From a virus (taxonomy: Duplodnaviria > Caudoviricetes), in the IMG/VR virus record IMGVR_UViG_3300038673_000375, positions 1 to 25,790 of that record: a stretch of 25,790 nt of DNA, one strand, 5' to 3'. Under the pieces are notes generated by a model that had not been told where the DNA came from, searched no databases, and was given only the letters and a program-made list of their open reading frames with translations. Every line of letters starts with the position of its first letter. Positions within the stretch are counted from its first letter, which is position 1. Shown here piece by piece: positions 1 through 10,900 of this stretch. Both the position numbers and the translations under genes were made by a program.

Positions 1-23
1 TGATAACTATCTATCACTTTCAT
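1..23 (-). CDS. 5' end of a gene truncated by the window edge (MKVIDSY...)
   Basis: ATG at 23 preceded by GGGGTG RBS, 13 nt after the previous stop codon. Confidence 0.55.
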
Positions 24-36
24 CAGAAACACCCCT

Positions 37-504
37 TTATTCGCTTGGTTCAACTGTTGCTAAGATTGTTATTCCCTCTCCATCTTCAACAGAATCCAGC
101 CAACACTCATATAAATCCACATTTTCAAGCACAATAAAATCTTCCGATTCTAAGCTTTTACCCATTTCTGTTGCCTCAGCAGCATCCACACCACTATCAC
201 CAACAGCAACATAACCAACATTACTCCTTTTAGCTGTCAAGTATGCTTTTTTTACTATTGTGCTTTCATCTACAAGCCTTTCAGGAATTCCAGCCGTTGT
301 TACGTCTTTATCAAGTGTTAATGGAACATAATAATTACTACTTCCATTACTATTCCCATCAAATAATTCCCATTCTTCTGTATCTTCATTATAAGTAAGC
401 AGCACAGTGTATGGAACGTTGACCACTGTCCCTCCAGGGAGGGTTATTTGTTGGCCTGAAATGGCTTCTGGTCCTTTCCCTACTACATTCACATTTGATT
501 TCAT
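37..504 (-). CDS. Hypothetical virion/tail-region protein (acidic, beta-rich)
   Basis: ORF in operon with GGAGG upstream; start is either ATG 504 or TTG 510. Confidence 0.75.
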   Translation of the reverse strand: MKSNVNVVGKGPEAISGQQITLPGGTVVNVPYTVLLTYNEDTEEWELFDGNSNGSSNYYVPLTLDKDVTTAGIPERLVDESTIVKKAYLTAKRSNVGYVAVGDSGVDAAEATEMGKSLESEDFIVLENVDLYECWLDSVEDGEGITILATVEPSE

Positions 505-529
505 CTTCAATCATCCTCCAAATTTTTCT

Positions 530-748
530 TTATAAAAATATTTTATCCATCATAACCCGTTCTGGATTAAACAAAGGCTTTGCCAAGGCCACAGTCTCAC
601 CATCCACCTCAACATCCATTTCGGGCTCATCCTTAACATCCAACAAATCAACAACCAAATCAGGATTGCTAACAACCTCTTTAAGCTTCTCACTATCTGC
701 CAAAATAGCATCCGGATTCTCCATAATATCCTCACTAGAAACAGTCAT
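530..748 (-). CDS. Small acidic hypothetical protein
   Basis: GAGGTG RBS upstream of ATG 748 (GTG 754 is an alternative); tight packing with neighbours. Confidence 0.7.
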   Translation of the reverse strand: MTVSSEDIMENPDAILADSEKLKEVVSNPDLVVDLLDVKDEPEMDVEVDGETVALAKPLFNPERVMMDKIFL

Positions 749-758
749 TATCACACCT

Positions 759-1553
759 CTACAACTTGTTAATAATTGGGAAATAATCTAAATGGCATAA
801 AACGTTCACAGCACCGCTCCACGTGGTTCCGCTGCGGTGATAAACTTGTATTGTAAAAGTAGTGTAATCCGTTGCAATGTCCGTCACTACAACACCATAA
901 TTTCGACTCCCTAAGATTGCGGGTACTGGAACTACCCATAACACATCCCCACTCCAGGGCACATCAACTGTTAAGGAATAGTAACTACTGGACCCGTCAC
1001 CTGTCACTGTATAGATCTCTGGGAACAGGTTCAAAACAGTCATTGACCCTTCATCTGTTCCAGCGTAGGCGTAGGCTGATTTGGCGGCCCAATTATCCAC
1101 AGGTATTATCCGTAAATAATCCACGGCCACATATTTGTCTTCTGGGACGCTTCCATCTGATAGGAGTCTTATTCTGAATTCGCAGTTTTCTGTGAAATAT
1201 TTGAGACCGACACCGGTTCCGAATTCATCAGAAACGTAAGGGTCGTAGGTGGCGGGGTGGTATGCTGCTAGTGTTTCGTTCCCATCTGCGTCTCTTTTCC
1301 AGTATTCTATCCAGAGGCCATGGTCTCCTTCGTCTATGTCACTGAACCAGCGGCATGATAGTTGGTGCCATCCAGCCCATGCGTTCCCTGTGGACCATCC
1401 TGTGTCGAGGATTTCTTTATCACCACCATATACTAGGGCGTATTGGCCTTTCCTAGCTAGGGGTTCTGGTAGTACGGTGGCGTCTTTTCCAACGTAATAG
1501 GCACCTTCCACTATGTTGAAGATGTTCCGTGCTATGCCTTCACTTTCAACCAT
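759..1553 (-). CDS. Putative tail-tip/receptor-binding protein (beta-sandwich plus small C-terminal H-lectin-like domain)
   Basis: Trp/Tyr-rich beta pattern ending in VAVDYLRI; C-terminus 'VVVTDIATDYTTFTIQVY...W..AVNV' resembles fibre-tip domains; located after tail-tip genes. Confidence 0.55.
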   Translation of the reverse strand: MVESEGIARNIFNIVEGAYYVGKDATVLPEPLARKGQYALVYGGDKEILDTGWSTGNAWAGWHQLSCRWFSDIDEGDHGLWIEYWKRDADGNETLAAYHPATYDPYVSDEFGTGVGLKYFTENCEFRIRLLSDGSVPEDKYVAVDYLRIIPVDNWAAKSAYAYAGTDEGSMTVLNLFPEIYTVTGDGSSSYYSLTVDVPWSGDVLWVVPVPAILGSRNYGVVVTDIATDYTTFTIQVYHRSGTTWSGAVNVLCHLDYFPIINKL

Positions 1554-3248
1554 TTATATCTCCTCATAGACGTAGCTTGCACTGTTTATTCTGACATTGC
1601 AGTTGGGGTCGGCTTGGAGGTACATTTTCAGGATTATTCCCACGAAACGATCCACACTGTTGTATCCGTATTCCAGGATGTCGAGTGGTGTTACCATTAT
1701 GTCGTTAGTGTCGTATACGTCGTGTTCTAGTTCTGTTGATTCCAGGCAGGCCGGGTCTGCACCAGTCCAATCTGCGGGTGTGGTGTAAAGTATTGAAGTG
1801 TCATCCTCACCGGGTGTGTCTGGATCTACTGTGAGGGTTGATTCTTCACTTCCAAGGCTTCCGATTGTTATTTCAGGGTCAAAATAGGATATTGTGAAGT
1901 TGTCAAAGTCCGCAACTCCGCTGAGGTTCATTCCCACACCATAAAAGTCTTGGCTGAAACTGGCCGTATAGTCGGTGTCGATGTATTGTGTTCCATTGAC
2001 TTTGATGGTGATGTGGTCTCCGGTGTCTTTGATTGAGAGGTGGTATGTGGTTCCGACCGGGATTTTGCTTCCAGACAGCCAGAGGACGTTCGCAACATCG
2101 GTAGGTGTTCCACTTATCACTTTAACGACTTTTAGTCGTGTGTCTGCTCCATCATAGTATGCGTAGGCTTTCAAATGGTTGTTTGAATTTTCACGATTCC
2201 AATAAAATGTAACATAGGGGGCGTTGGTTCCGCTCCCCTGGGATAATAATTTCAGATCCAGGCTGACATGTATGGCCTGGTCCGGGCCCCGTGGTGTTTT
2301 GATATAATTTGTTGTTGTTGCGTCTCCTGTGTGTTTGAGGCTGTATGTGCCTGAAATTGGTGTTGATGAGTCTAGTGAGGGTGTTCCAACCTCATTAGTC
2401 CAGGTGGGGTATGGGCTTCGACTTCCACTGTATGCTCCATCCTCGAAATCATCATATATATCATAATAGCTTGTTAATCCGGCCGAGTAACTGGCTCCAC
2501 TGTTGCCATAGTACATGTATATGGGTAGTGTTGCTCCGGCCACGACTGTGGGGACTAATACGTTGAAAATGGCCTTGCTGCTGGAACTGTAATATTCCCG
2601 GTCGTAACATCTGAGTGTTCTACCATCTTTGTCACAGAATCGGATGTCACTGAAATCTGCATTCATGTCACTGTCATAGTTAACCACTATGCCCCTGAGG
2701 ATTTCGGTGTACTTCCAGGTGGTGGGGTTTCCCGTGATAGGTATTCTGCTTCTTTTATCCCATCCATCGAGCCAGGCTCTTTTAAGTACCATGGATTCAT
2801 AGTTCAACCACCTTTTAGGTAGGTTTAACTGTATTTTCCCGGCCGCTGCACTTCCGGCCATTTTCCTGAAGGCCGGGGTGGAACGGCTGCTATACAAATC
2901 AAAAATAATGTCCTCTGTAACTTCACTGCCAGAGATGCTCGTTATAATGTTTTCTGCTAATAATTCGGTGGTTCCGTCCAGGAGTATTCCTTCCAGGCTG
3001 AAAAGGGCCTCGAAGACTAGGGGTGTGCTGGTGTAACTCCGGGTCCAGTTGATTTTGACCTGGTTCCATGCGAAGTTTGAGTTTACTGGTGGTGCGATGT
3101 TGTGTTGGAAGTAGGCATCCTGTTCCTCATCAGTGTCTGGGCTTGGATTGTAAAGCACTCCTTCCTGTTCACTGTAAACCAGGTTCCCGTGGGGTTGGTC
3201 TTCCTGGACGATCTGGGCTGTTGGTATGGGTACGATGATGCCTACCAT
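1554..3248 (-). CDS. Tail protein with DUF2341 domain and concanavalin/lectin-like domain (putative adhesin)
   Basis: DUF2341 signature WLDGW..R..I.I / DMNADFSDIRFCD.DG..L / IYMYYGN, followed by YDDFE...DFDNF beta-sandwich. Confidence 0.8.
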   Translation of the reverse strand: MVGIIVPIPTAQIVQEDQPHGNLVYSEQEGVLYNPSPDTDEEQDAYFQHNIAPPVNSNFAWNQVKINWTRSYTSTPLVFEALFSLEGILLDGTTELLAENIITSISGSEVTEDIIFDLYSSRSTPAFRKMAGSAAAGKIQLNLPKRWLNYESMVLKRAWLDGWDKRSRIPITGNPTTWKYTEILRGIVVNYDSDMNADFSDIRFCDKDGRTLRCYDREYYSSSSKAIFNVLVPTVVAGATLPIYMYYGNSGASYSAGLTSYYDIYDDFEDGAYSGSRSPYPTWTNEVGTPSLDSSTPISGTYSLKHTGDATTTNYIKTPRGPDQAIHVSLDLKLLSQGSGTNAPYVTFYWNRENSNNHLKAYAYYDGADTRLKVVKVISGTPTDVANVLWLSGSKIPVGTTYHLSIKDTGDHITIKVNGTQYIDTDYTASFSQDFYGVGMNLSGVADFDNFTISYFDPEITIGSLGSEESTLTVDPDTPGEDDTSILYTTPADWTGADPACLESTELEHDVYDTNDIMVTPLDILEYGYNSVDRFVGIILKMYLQADPNCNVRINSASYVYEEI

Positions 3249-5515
3249 TATGTGGATCCTCCTCTCATGAATGCCCCTAGGCTGGTGAGTCCCATGTTTG
3301 TGAGTACGTTGGTGTTGTACATGGTTTGGCTTTGGCCTTTGAGATATTTTTTAAGGTTTTTCTGTAATTTGCGCATGACGAAGGTGTAATATTTTCCGGG
3401 CCGGTTCACCCCTACTCTGGTGATGTATCCTTCATCGTTGATGTTGTGGGTGGCTGTTTTGGTGCTGTAATTCCCAGATAAGTAATATTTTGGGAGTTTT
3501 GACACCATGTATTGGCTTGGGTTGAGTAATGGTGTTCCTTTCATCACTATGGTGAATGATTTGAGTGGGTAACTGTTTTCTTCAACATATTTCTTACCAT
3601 AGAGGAGGGCGTCCGTTTTGGAGCTTATATCTGTTTGGTCCTCGTAGGCTTCCCAGAATCCAGGGCCAAACCTGTTTCCGCTGTCTTCATTTTCATAGAA
3701 TACTCGGCCTGTTTTTTCGGTGTCTCCTTTTTTGTAATGGTAATCGACTAGTATTCGGTTGTGGATGCTGTCACGTGGCTTATATGACCTGTCAGTCACG
3801 TCTAAAACGTTAATTCCCTGGATGGCCTGTACCGTGCTGACCTCATTCATTTCTGGAGCTATGCATAGAACGTCATGGCACCGTTCACGGCCGTAATCCA
3901 TGTAAGCAATGTATCCGGCGTTGTCTAACATCTCTTTGATGTTCTCATAGGCGTATCCTGTTTCCTGGTTGATTTTCATCTTAGTGTTCAGGTCAGAATC
4001 GTAGGCTGTTAATCCGATGAGGTGGATTGTGCTTTTCTCACGGCTGGTTATTTGGTCTGCGATGGCCACGTCCACGGCTTCAATCTTAGAAACGTAATAG
4101 TTGCTGCTTGCCACATAATCCTCGAAGGCTTCTTTCCAATCGAATTTCATTAACTGAGGGAGGCCGTTGAGGACTGGTGTCTCCTGCCCTATTATGTTCG
4201 TGGCACCGGCTTTGCCTGTGAATAGTATGTTGTATGTTTGTGCATCGGCAACAGTCTGATTTGCTTTGTGCATGGTGAGTTTTAAGTTGAACTGGACCCT
4301 ATTGTTTTTTTGGCAGGATTCCCCAGCGGCTAAGTATTTGAGGGATAATATGTCATCCACACTGGCATCCACGGGGTTGTAAGGGTCGTTGAATAAGACT
4401 GCATCACAATCCATGTCAGGAGTTACACCACAATGGTCAGGGGTTAACTTATCATATCCCAATCTAAGGCCGGTTGATGGGCTGTAAGTCTTGTTAAAAC
4501 CAGATACTGTTACCTTTTCATAGTCTTCATATATTCGGAAGTCCAGGTTTAAAGTGTAAGGGTAAAATATTCCATAATTCATGGGGCCGTATTCGCTGGT
4601 GTCGCTGGCGTGTCGTATTGATTCTAGGAAACTTCCAAATTTCCGCACTGGGAAGGTGTAAGTTTCATCACTTGTGGGGGCCACTCCCACCCAGTAATTG
4701 GTGTAAACTGGTTTTCGGTAGAGGTTCACCAGACTCCCAACACCGGCCAGGGTCATTTCTGTGCCTTCATCGTTTTCATCATAGCCCAGGACGTAACCCC
4801 CAAATTTGGGTTTGGTTTGACTCCAATCATCACTGGCCCCTACTATGATGTTTAGAAGGTCCATGAATTCAAAATGAGTTCGGCTGTAAATGTTCTCATT
4901 AGGGTCATTCCATATCTCCTTAATAGGGAGGGTTATTTCGGCACTGTTCAAGTCTCCCAGGTTGTTTTCGGTGAATTCAATATCCTTCCAATCCAACCTG
5001 TATGATGAATCCTTCTCATCACTACTAAAATATTCCAAACGGTACATTAGGAGGTGGTCAACCCAGGTTTTTCTACCATTCAGGGTGATGACGAATGTAT
5101 GTGTTCCTGCGGTTAAATCCACATATCCAAAGTCTAAGAACCTGTAATGCTCCCATTTGTAGTATGATGAGATTGTTTTAACTGTTTCTCCATCTATGGA
5201 TAGGGTGATGGTGGGGTTGGTTCCCCTGGCCCTGACCACCCTTATGAGCATCCAATATTTCCCGGCCTTGTCGATTGTTATATCTTTGGTGAGTGTTGCG
5301 CTGGTTAAGCTCCGGCCAGGGTGTAATCCAACAATATCCGCACCCCTATATCTCTGTTGGTAGATGCTGGTGCTGGATCGTTCCCAGTCAATGCAAGGTG
5401 AACGGTAGATGTTTGATGGATCTCTTCTCTGGATTTCCACCTTCACATAAGGATTATCAGTATAAGCCACATCTGGAACAGGGAATAGTGTGGGTTGAAA
5501 TTCTGCTTCGATCAT
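3248..5515 (-). CDS. Tail tip/baseplate hub-like (Tal-position) protein with N-terminal CBM6/35-like module
   Basis: Second gene after the tape measure; 'AGKY...LSIDG...DLTAGTHTF...VDHL' is CBM-like; the C-terminal half has a hub-like pattern. Confidence 0.6.
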   Translation of the reverse strand: MIEAEFQPTLFPVPDVAYTDNPYVKVEIQRRDPSNIYRSPCIDWERSSTSIYQQRYRGADIVGLHPGRSLTSATLTKDITIDKAGKYWMLIRVVRARGTNPTITLSIDGETVKTISSYYKWEHYRFLDFGYVDLTAGTHTFVITLNGRKTWVDHLLMYRLEYFSSDEKDSSYRLDWKDIEFTENNLGDLNSAEITLPIKEIWNDPNENIYSRTHFEFMDLLNIIVGASDDWSQTKPKFGGYVLGYDENDEGTEMTLAGVGSLVNLYRKPVYTNYWVGVAPTSDETYTFPVRKFGSFLESIRHASDTSEYGPMNYGIFYPYTLNLDFRIYEDYEKVTVSGFNKTYSPSTGLRLGYDKLTPDHCGVTPDMDCDAVLFNDPYNPVDASVDDILSLKYLAAGESCQKNNRVQFNLKLTMHKANQTVADAQTYNILFTGKAGATNIIGQETPVLNGLPQLMKFDWKEAFEDYVASSNYYVSKIEAVDVAIADQITSREKSTIHLIGLTAYDSDLNTKMKINQETGYAYENIKEMLDNAGYIAYMDYGRERCHDVLCIAPEMNEVSTVQAIQGINVLDVTDRSYKPRDSIHNRILVDYHYKKGDTEKTGRVFYENEDSGNRFGPGFWEAYEDQTDISSKTDALLYGKKYVEENSYPLKSFTIVMKGTPLLNPSQYMVSKLPKYYLSGNYSTKTATHNINDEGYITRVGVNRPGKYYTFVMRKLQKNLKKYLKGQSQTMYNTNVLTNMGLTSLGAFMRGGST

Positions 5516-5533
5516 TTAAAAAAAGTCCTCCAT

Positions 5534-7909
5534 TTAGATGGATTGTAGAGCCAAGGCTTGCTGTGTGGGTTTATGCCATTCTCTTGCTAGTTGTACGAAA
5601 TAGTCATCCGTGGTGGGTGGTTGCATTTGGTCATATACTCCTAGTCCTGTTAGGCTGCTGGCAGGAATAGAATCAGATTTAATCGTGCAAGGGTCTTTTT
5701 TAGTAACTACGAGTCCGTAACGGTTTGCTGCTGTGGGGGCTGCAACTATAATTGGATCAGTATGAGGATATACTGGGATTGGTCCTACCAATGAAGAGTC
5801 CATGTAGATTGTTGCTGCCTGTCGTGTAGGGGTTAACACTTTCATTGTGATATATCGTGTGTCTGGGTGTGTTACTTCTGATGTGAAATACGCTGGAAGG
5901 TATGAAGACGTGAGAGTGATTGTACCTGAATGATGGGATGTTAGTATTGATTTAGTAACATCTCTCTCGTAAATAAACAATTGAACCGTTCCGCTGCCTT
6001 TTAAAAACGTTTTGTTGAAGATTGGAAGACCAACTGTGGGAGTAACTGGTACTTCTGCATAGTAATTTGCATTTTCTTGTATTCCTTCATTCACAGCACT
6101 GTCGTTTGTTATTGCTTTCAATGCATAATTTCCAGTATAGCTATCAGGGTCTTGGGAAATTGTGGCCCCTGTTCCTTCCCATCCGGTTGTTCCTGATTCA
6201 ATGCCGTACTGATTAGTGGTCAATATATTATACGAATTGAAAAAGAGAGCATAGAACACGTCATCCATTGTAATGTCATAGTCCGCAGTTAACCAACTAG
6301 TTAGGGAATTATCATGGTAACAATTGTTTTTCAAAGTCATCCCAATATCATCGTAAGGGTGTTTAACATAAACATACGGTTTGCCTGCCCGAATAGTCCA
6401 GTAAGTCCGGTCCAACTGTAAAGTGAACTCCCAAGGTGTCACCATAAACGGACGGATCAACCTTATAGGGTTGGGTAGGGTGAAAGTGTTCACCAAAACA
6501 TAAGCAGATCCATTCCAACCGTACAAGGCCACTCCAGTACTAGTAGTTATAAGCTTAATCAACCCATTACTCACATAGAATTTAGTTGGATCTAAATCCA
6601 TTCCATTATGAGTCACCAAGCGATATACACTATCACTATAATTACCATTCCAACCCTTCACAGTTCCTTTATAAAAATTCGCAGGAGTAATCTGATAATT
6701 CAAGGGATCAAGAGGATTCTTGAAACACTGGATTAACCCATCCTCTGAAGCTCGTGTGAAATCTGGTGTAAGGTTACAAAAAGCATCTGGTGGGGCAACC
6801 ACAACATTAGGCTTACTAACCTCCTCCTCAGTATATGTTTTGAAATTTCCTGATTTCATTGTGGCTGCGGAAGTAGAAGTGGTGTTCATATTCCAGATGA
6901 AATCAGGACTACTCCACAAAAAACCAGTTTTACCAGTCCAGATCGGGTCACCGAAAGTAGTTCCACCAGTCTTGTCAATGTAAATACTCATCGACCCATC
7001 GGTATTATATTCTACTTTAAAGTTCGGGTTTTTCTCTGTGCTAATATTTAATGCCTGTTGAGATACAAGGTAAACAGCAGAACCGGCTTTGCACCGTACA
7101 ACACCAAAATAAAGAGTGCTGCCAGAGTAATAGATATAAAATCTTATATAATTGCTTGTACTACCATTCTGCAATAAATTCCAGGATTGAGGAGTTGATT
7201 CGACCATTATCAATTGTAAATTTGTTTTCCCACCAGTACCTGCAATATATTCCATGTCAAACTCAAAAGTAAATGGGGGGGTGTTCGTGAACTTATTATA
7301 AGTCTTTATACGTCCCCAACCACCATATCCAGGACTACCTGTCTTTGCACCAGTGAATACAAGTTTACCCCCACTGGTAGCGATACTACCACCAGAAAGA
7401 TAATAACTCTCATAAGTAGTCCAATTATCAGTGTAGGCTCCTGTGAACTCATCTTCAAGAATTATAACTTCATCCTTATCTTCATATCGTGAGTTAATGA
7501 CAGCAAGATCCTCACCACCCTTAGTATGATTAAGGGTAAGAGGTTCATTCACATTTCTACTGAGCATTTCTGCGGTTATTTTCACAAGACTATAGTTGGG
7601 ATGTTTGTATTCTTCTTCTGCATCTACTAATTTATAAAGGCCGTTGTGTGCAATTGCTTCATTGGTTGCTACGTAAATACTCCCCTCAACAGGCATAACT
7701 CCCCATCGGCTGTTTCGTGAAGATACTACTCTTAACCCACCATAATTATTTTTAACAACATCCCCACATAATCCGAGGATCTGTTTTGCCTGGGAGGGAC
7801 TGCACCAAATACTCATCTTCTCAGTTCCGTCCCTCTTGATTTCATCATCCTCAAAAACGTTAGCTTTAACAAATTCGAGAGGGCCGATCGTGGCTTCTGT
7901 TGTCATCAT
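5534..7909 (-). CDS. Distal-tail-position protein with inserted lectin-like and CBM4/9-like modules
   Basis: Directly follows the tape measure (ATGA overlap, GGAGG RBS); 'NILTTNQYGIESGTTGW...YTGNYALK...IYMD' is CBM4/9-like. Confidence 0.6.
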   Translation of the reverse strand: MMTTEATIGPLEFVKANVFEDDEIKRDGTEKMSIWCSPSQAKQILGLCGDVVKNNYGGLRVVSSRNSRWGVMPVEGSIYVATNEAIAHNGLYKLVDAEEEYKHPNYSLVKITAEMLSRNVNEPLTLNHTKGGEDLAVINSRYEDKDEVIILEDEFTGAYTDNWTTYESYYLSGGSIATSGGKLVFTGAKTGSPGYGGWGRIKTYNKFTNTPPFTFEFDMEYIAGTGGKTNLQLIMVESTPQSWNLLQNGSTSNYIRFYIYYSGSTLYFGVVRCKAGSAVYLVSQQALNISTEKNPNFKVEYNTDGSMSIYIDKTGGTTFGDPIWTGKTGFLWSSPDFIWNMNTTSTSAATMKSGNFKTYTEEEVSKPNVVVAPPDAFCNLTPDFTRASEDGLIQCFKNPLDPLNYQITPANFYKGTVKGWNGNYSDSVYRLVTHNGMDLDPTKFYVSNGLIKLITTSTGVALYGWNGSAYVLVNTFTLPNPIRLIRPFMVTPWEFTLQLDRTYWTIRAGKPYVYVKHPYDDIGMTLKNNCYHDNSLTSWLTADYDITMDDVFYALFFNSYNILTTNQYGIESGTTGWEGTGATISQDPDSYTGNYALKAITNDSAVNEGIQENANYYAEVPVTPTVGLPIFNKTFLKGSGTVQLFIYERDVTKSILTSHHSGTITLTSSYLPAYFTSEVTHPDTRYITMKVLTPTRQAATIYMDSSLVGPIPVYPHTDPIIVAAPTAANRYGLVVTKKDPCTIKSDSIPASSLTGLGVYDQMQPPTTDDYFVQLAREWHKPTQQALALQSI

Positions 7910-10900
7910 ATCCTCCTACCAAACTTTTTTCTTTTCCTTCTTTTTTCACGAGTTTCAAGAGAAGTTTTGACAGATTCATCAACCACATTCTCAAAATCAG
8001 GAAGGCCATAAACCTTATCATGGAAATGAACATGAACATGTACTTCTCCCTCACCAAGCCCCACGTCAGGCATGGGGCCTGCTGAAGGATAAGACCTCCA
8101 TCCTCCACGCTGCACAAATGCAGTAGGGTCCATATTCCCCAAACCCTGGATCCATGCACGTACATGACCAATCTTATTCCAAGTAGTTTGAACCATATAC
8201 CCATCCAGACCAAAAGCACGGGCAATAGTTAAAAGGAGAGAACTCATATCCCAACAGTTTCCCCCACGGTTGAGGAAAGTTCCCAAAACGCCATATTTGC
8301 TATTATAATAAAATTCGTAATGGAATGCACTGAAAATTTTATTCACGGTTGCTAAGAACATATCTGTCATGCTTTTATTAGGATCAGTTATGTCCACACC
8401 ATCTAATCCGAATTGACTCAGGAAATTCTGAGCCAAACTTCTAGCTCCCCCAATTATCGTATCTTTCCATCGACCTACATTGGTCCAGTTAGTGGTTGAA
8501 TCTCCTCCTGCAAATAAGCCTCCAAGATTATTAGGAGCGCCGGCAAACTGGCCTTTATAAATTGCAGCCATTACTTTATTACGAAGAGATTCACTTTTAA
8601 TGGGTAACGTTAAAGATGCTGAAGATTGAGGAGTCATACTTGTTTCATTAACAGTTATATCCCCACCAGCCACATTTCCCAAACCAAGAGCACTCCTTAA
8701 ACGGTTAACCAAGTTAATTATCGTATTCACCGGATTTTTTACAGCATTTTCAATACTGCTCCATGCACTCCTAGCATCTCCCACTAATCTCCAAAATGTA
8801 CTACTGATCAAACTAATCGCAGCAGTAACAAAATTTTTAATATAATTCAGGGGTCCGACAAAAGGAGTAGTAATCGCAGCCCATAACCCGCCAAGAGCAG
8901 CAGTCACCCTTCCAGGTAAAGATTTAAAGTGAGAAGTTACACTATTAACTCCTCTTGAAACAGTGCTTTTAGCACCATTAAAAGACCTAACAAAGAACCC
9001 CTTAACACGGTTAGGAACAATTTTAAGGGGATTTAAGAAAGTATTAATATTTATTTTGGGCCATTTAATACCAAAACGACTGAAATCAAAAAGGTTTTTA
9101 AGATCCTCCTGAAAACTAGGCTTACCAGCACCACCCGCACCACTAGCAGTTCCAAACATTCCTCCGAAAAAGTCCTTTATACCTTTTGTTGAATTTTGAG
9201 CATCACTCGTGAAGATATCCCCACTATTCTTAAAGGCATTGCCCAAATCAGTTTTCAATGCACTGAAGAATTGGTCGGGAAATCCCAATGTCCATCCTAC
9301 CCCTGTTTGTAATTGTTCAAGCCACCCTGTTGAATCAGTCCAATCTAACTCAAAGTCTGCTAACCATCCTGTTAAGTTTCGTTGTCCTTCAGAAAGATTA
9401 TAACTCCCTTCTGCCGCCTTATTATAACTTTCTGTTAAGTTATCTAAATTTCTTGTGGTAGTTATTGTTGCTTTATCTGCATCTGTTAATTGTGAAGCCC
9501 ATTCTGCATCAGCAGACAACTTCTTACCTTCTTCTGGAGTTAATTCTTCTGTGCTCACCCTATATGCTATAACTGCTTTCTTGGCTCTTTCAAGAGAGTC
9601 AGCATACTTCTCCATTATCTCTTTATGTGTTTCTGATGCATCCTTATAATTATTTTCAGCAGTAGTAGCAGTTTCAGTTGCATCTGCAAGATCGCTTTTT
9701 GCGTCCTTGAGGTTTTTTGTAGCAGTTGCATACTCTTCGGTTCCAGGAGTGGCATTGTTAACAGCAGTCTGCCATTTATCTACTTCTTTTTGAGCTTCCT
9801 GTTGTGCTGTTTTGGCCTCATCCATTACTTGTTTTCCCTTACTTAGAGCATCATTGGCATTTTCTATTCCTGTTTTAAACCATCCATATTTATTTCCTAA
9901 TATGATGATGGCTGCAACCAAAGCAGTTATTCCTATAACTGCGAGTCCCATTGGGCTTATTAAGAATGAAACCATTGCTGAACCTATGCTTTTAAGTTTA
10001 GATCCAACATTACTCATGGTGGATCCCCACTTGACATTTGAAGCAGTGATGTCTTCTGTTGCATCTTTTAAAACAACATTAACTCCGGCTGCATTAATGG
10101 CTTTAGCTGCGAGAGTTCCTAATTCTCTAGCCAATCCCTTAACAATATACCCTCCAGATTGAAGGCCCTGTAAAGCAAGACCACCTACTCCTCCTATTGC
10201 AGCCAATACAGATATCACACCCGCACCAATTATGGATATCTGAATTAGTCCTTTATTGGAATTAACAAAATCATTAATGACATCCATAGCTCCTGTGAAT
10301 AATGGGAGGAGGGTGGTTCCCACTGTGATGCCTATCTCGTTTAAAGTGGCATTAAATTTATTCAATTCTTTATCATACTCTGTGAGTCCGGCAGCGAATT
10401 CCATTATGCCCCTATCATTAAATAATTTCATTAAGGCATCCATTTTCTGCTCATCAGGAAGTGCTGCTATTTCTTTTAATGGCTGAGCCAATGGGGAAGC
10501 CCTTATCTCCCCAGTGTTACCGCTGAATACTGCTGCAATATCCTGCGGTCCTTCAATTTCTGCCAGACTAGCGAACTCTGGCTTCATCTTCTTGAAAAAG
10601 TTAATATAAGCTTGAACAACAGGAGTTAAACTAGCAATCTCAGAGGATGAGGTTGTTGTTGGCATGGTATTAGCCAGCAACTGTAATGTCCGGGCGGACG
10701 TTAATGGTTGAGCATAATATTTTTGCTGCATCATCTCTACTGTTTGAGAGTAGAGTTGTGCTGTTTGTTCGCCATAGGCTTTAGCCCAGAACTGTTCATA
10801 TCCCTGGAAAGTGTTCGCCACTCCCACAGTAAAATCATAAATCTGTTGGGATCCCATAATCCCCACAATGCCTAAGAGGCCCGTTCCAAAGTTGTCCAGG

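Noticed and set aside
759-7909. Diversity-generating retroelement target or invertible tail cassette
   Set aside because: No reverse transcriptase, invertase or duplicated TR/VR-like repeat seen in the window; elements outside the window cannot be excluded.
7866-8225. 119-aa alternative-frame ORF inside the tape measure 3' end
   Set aside because: Overlaps the conserved catalytic motifs in the main frame; TTG start and no supporting signal.
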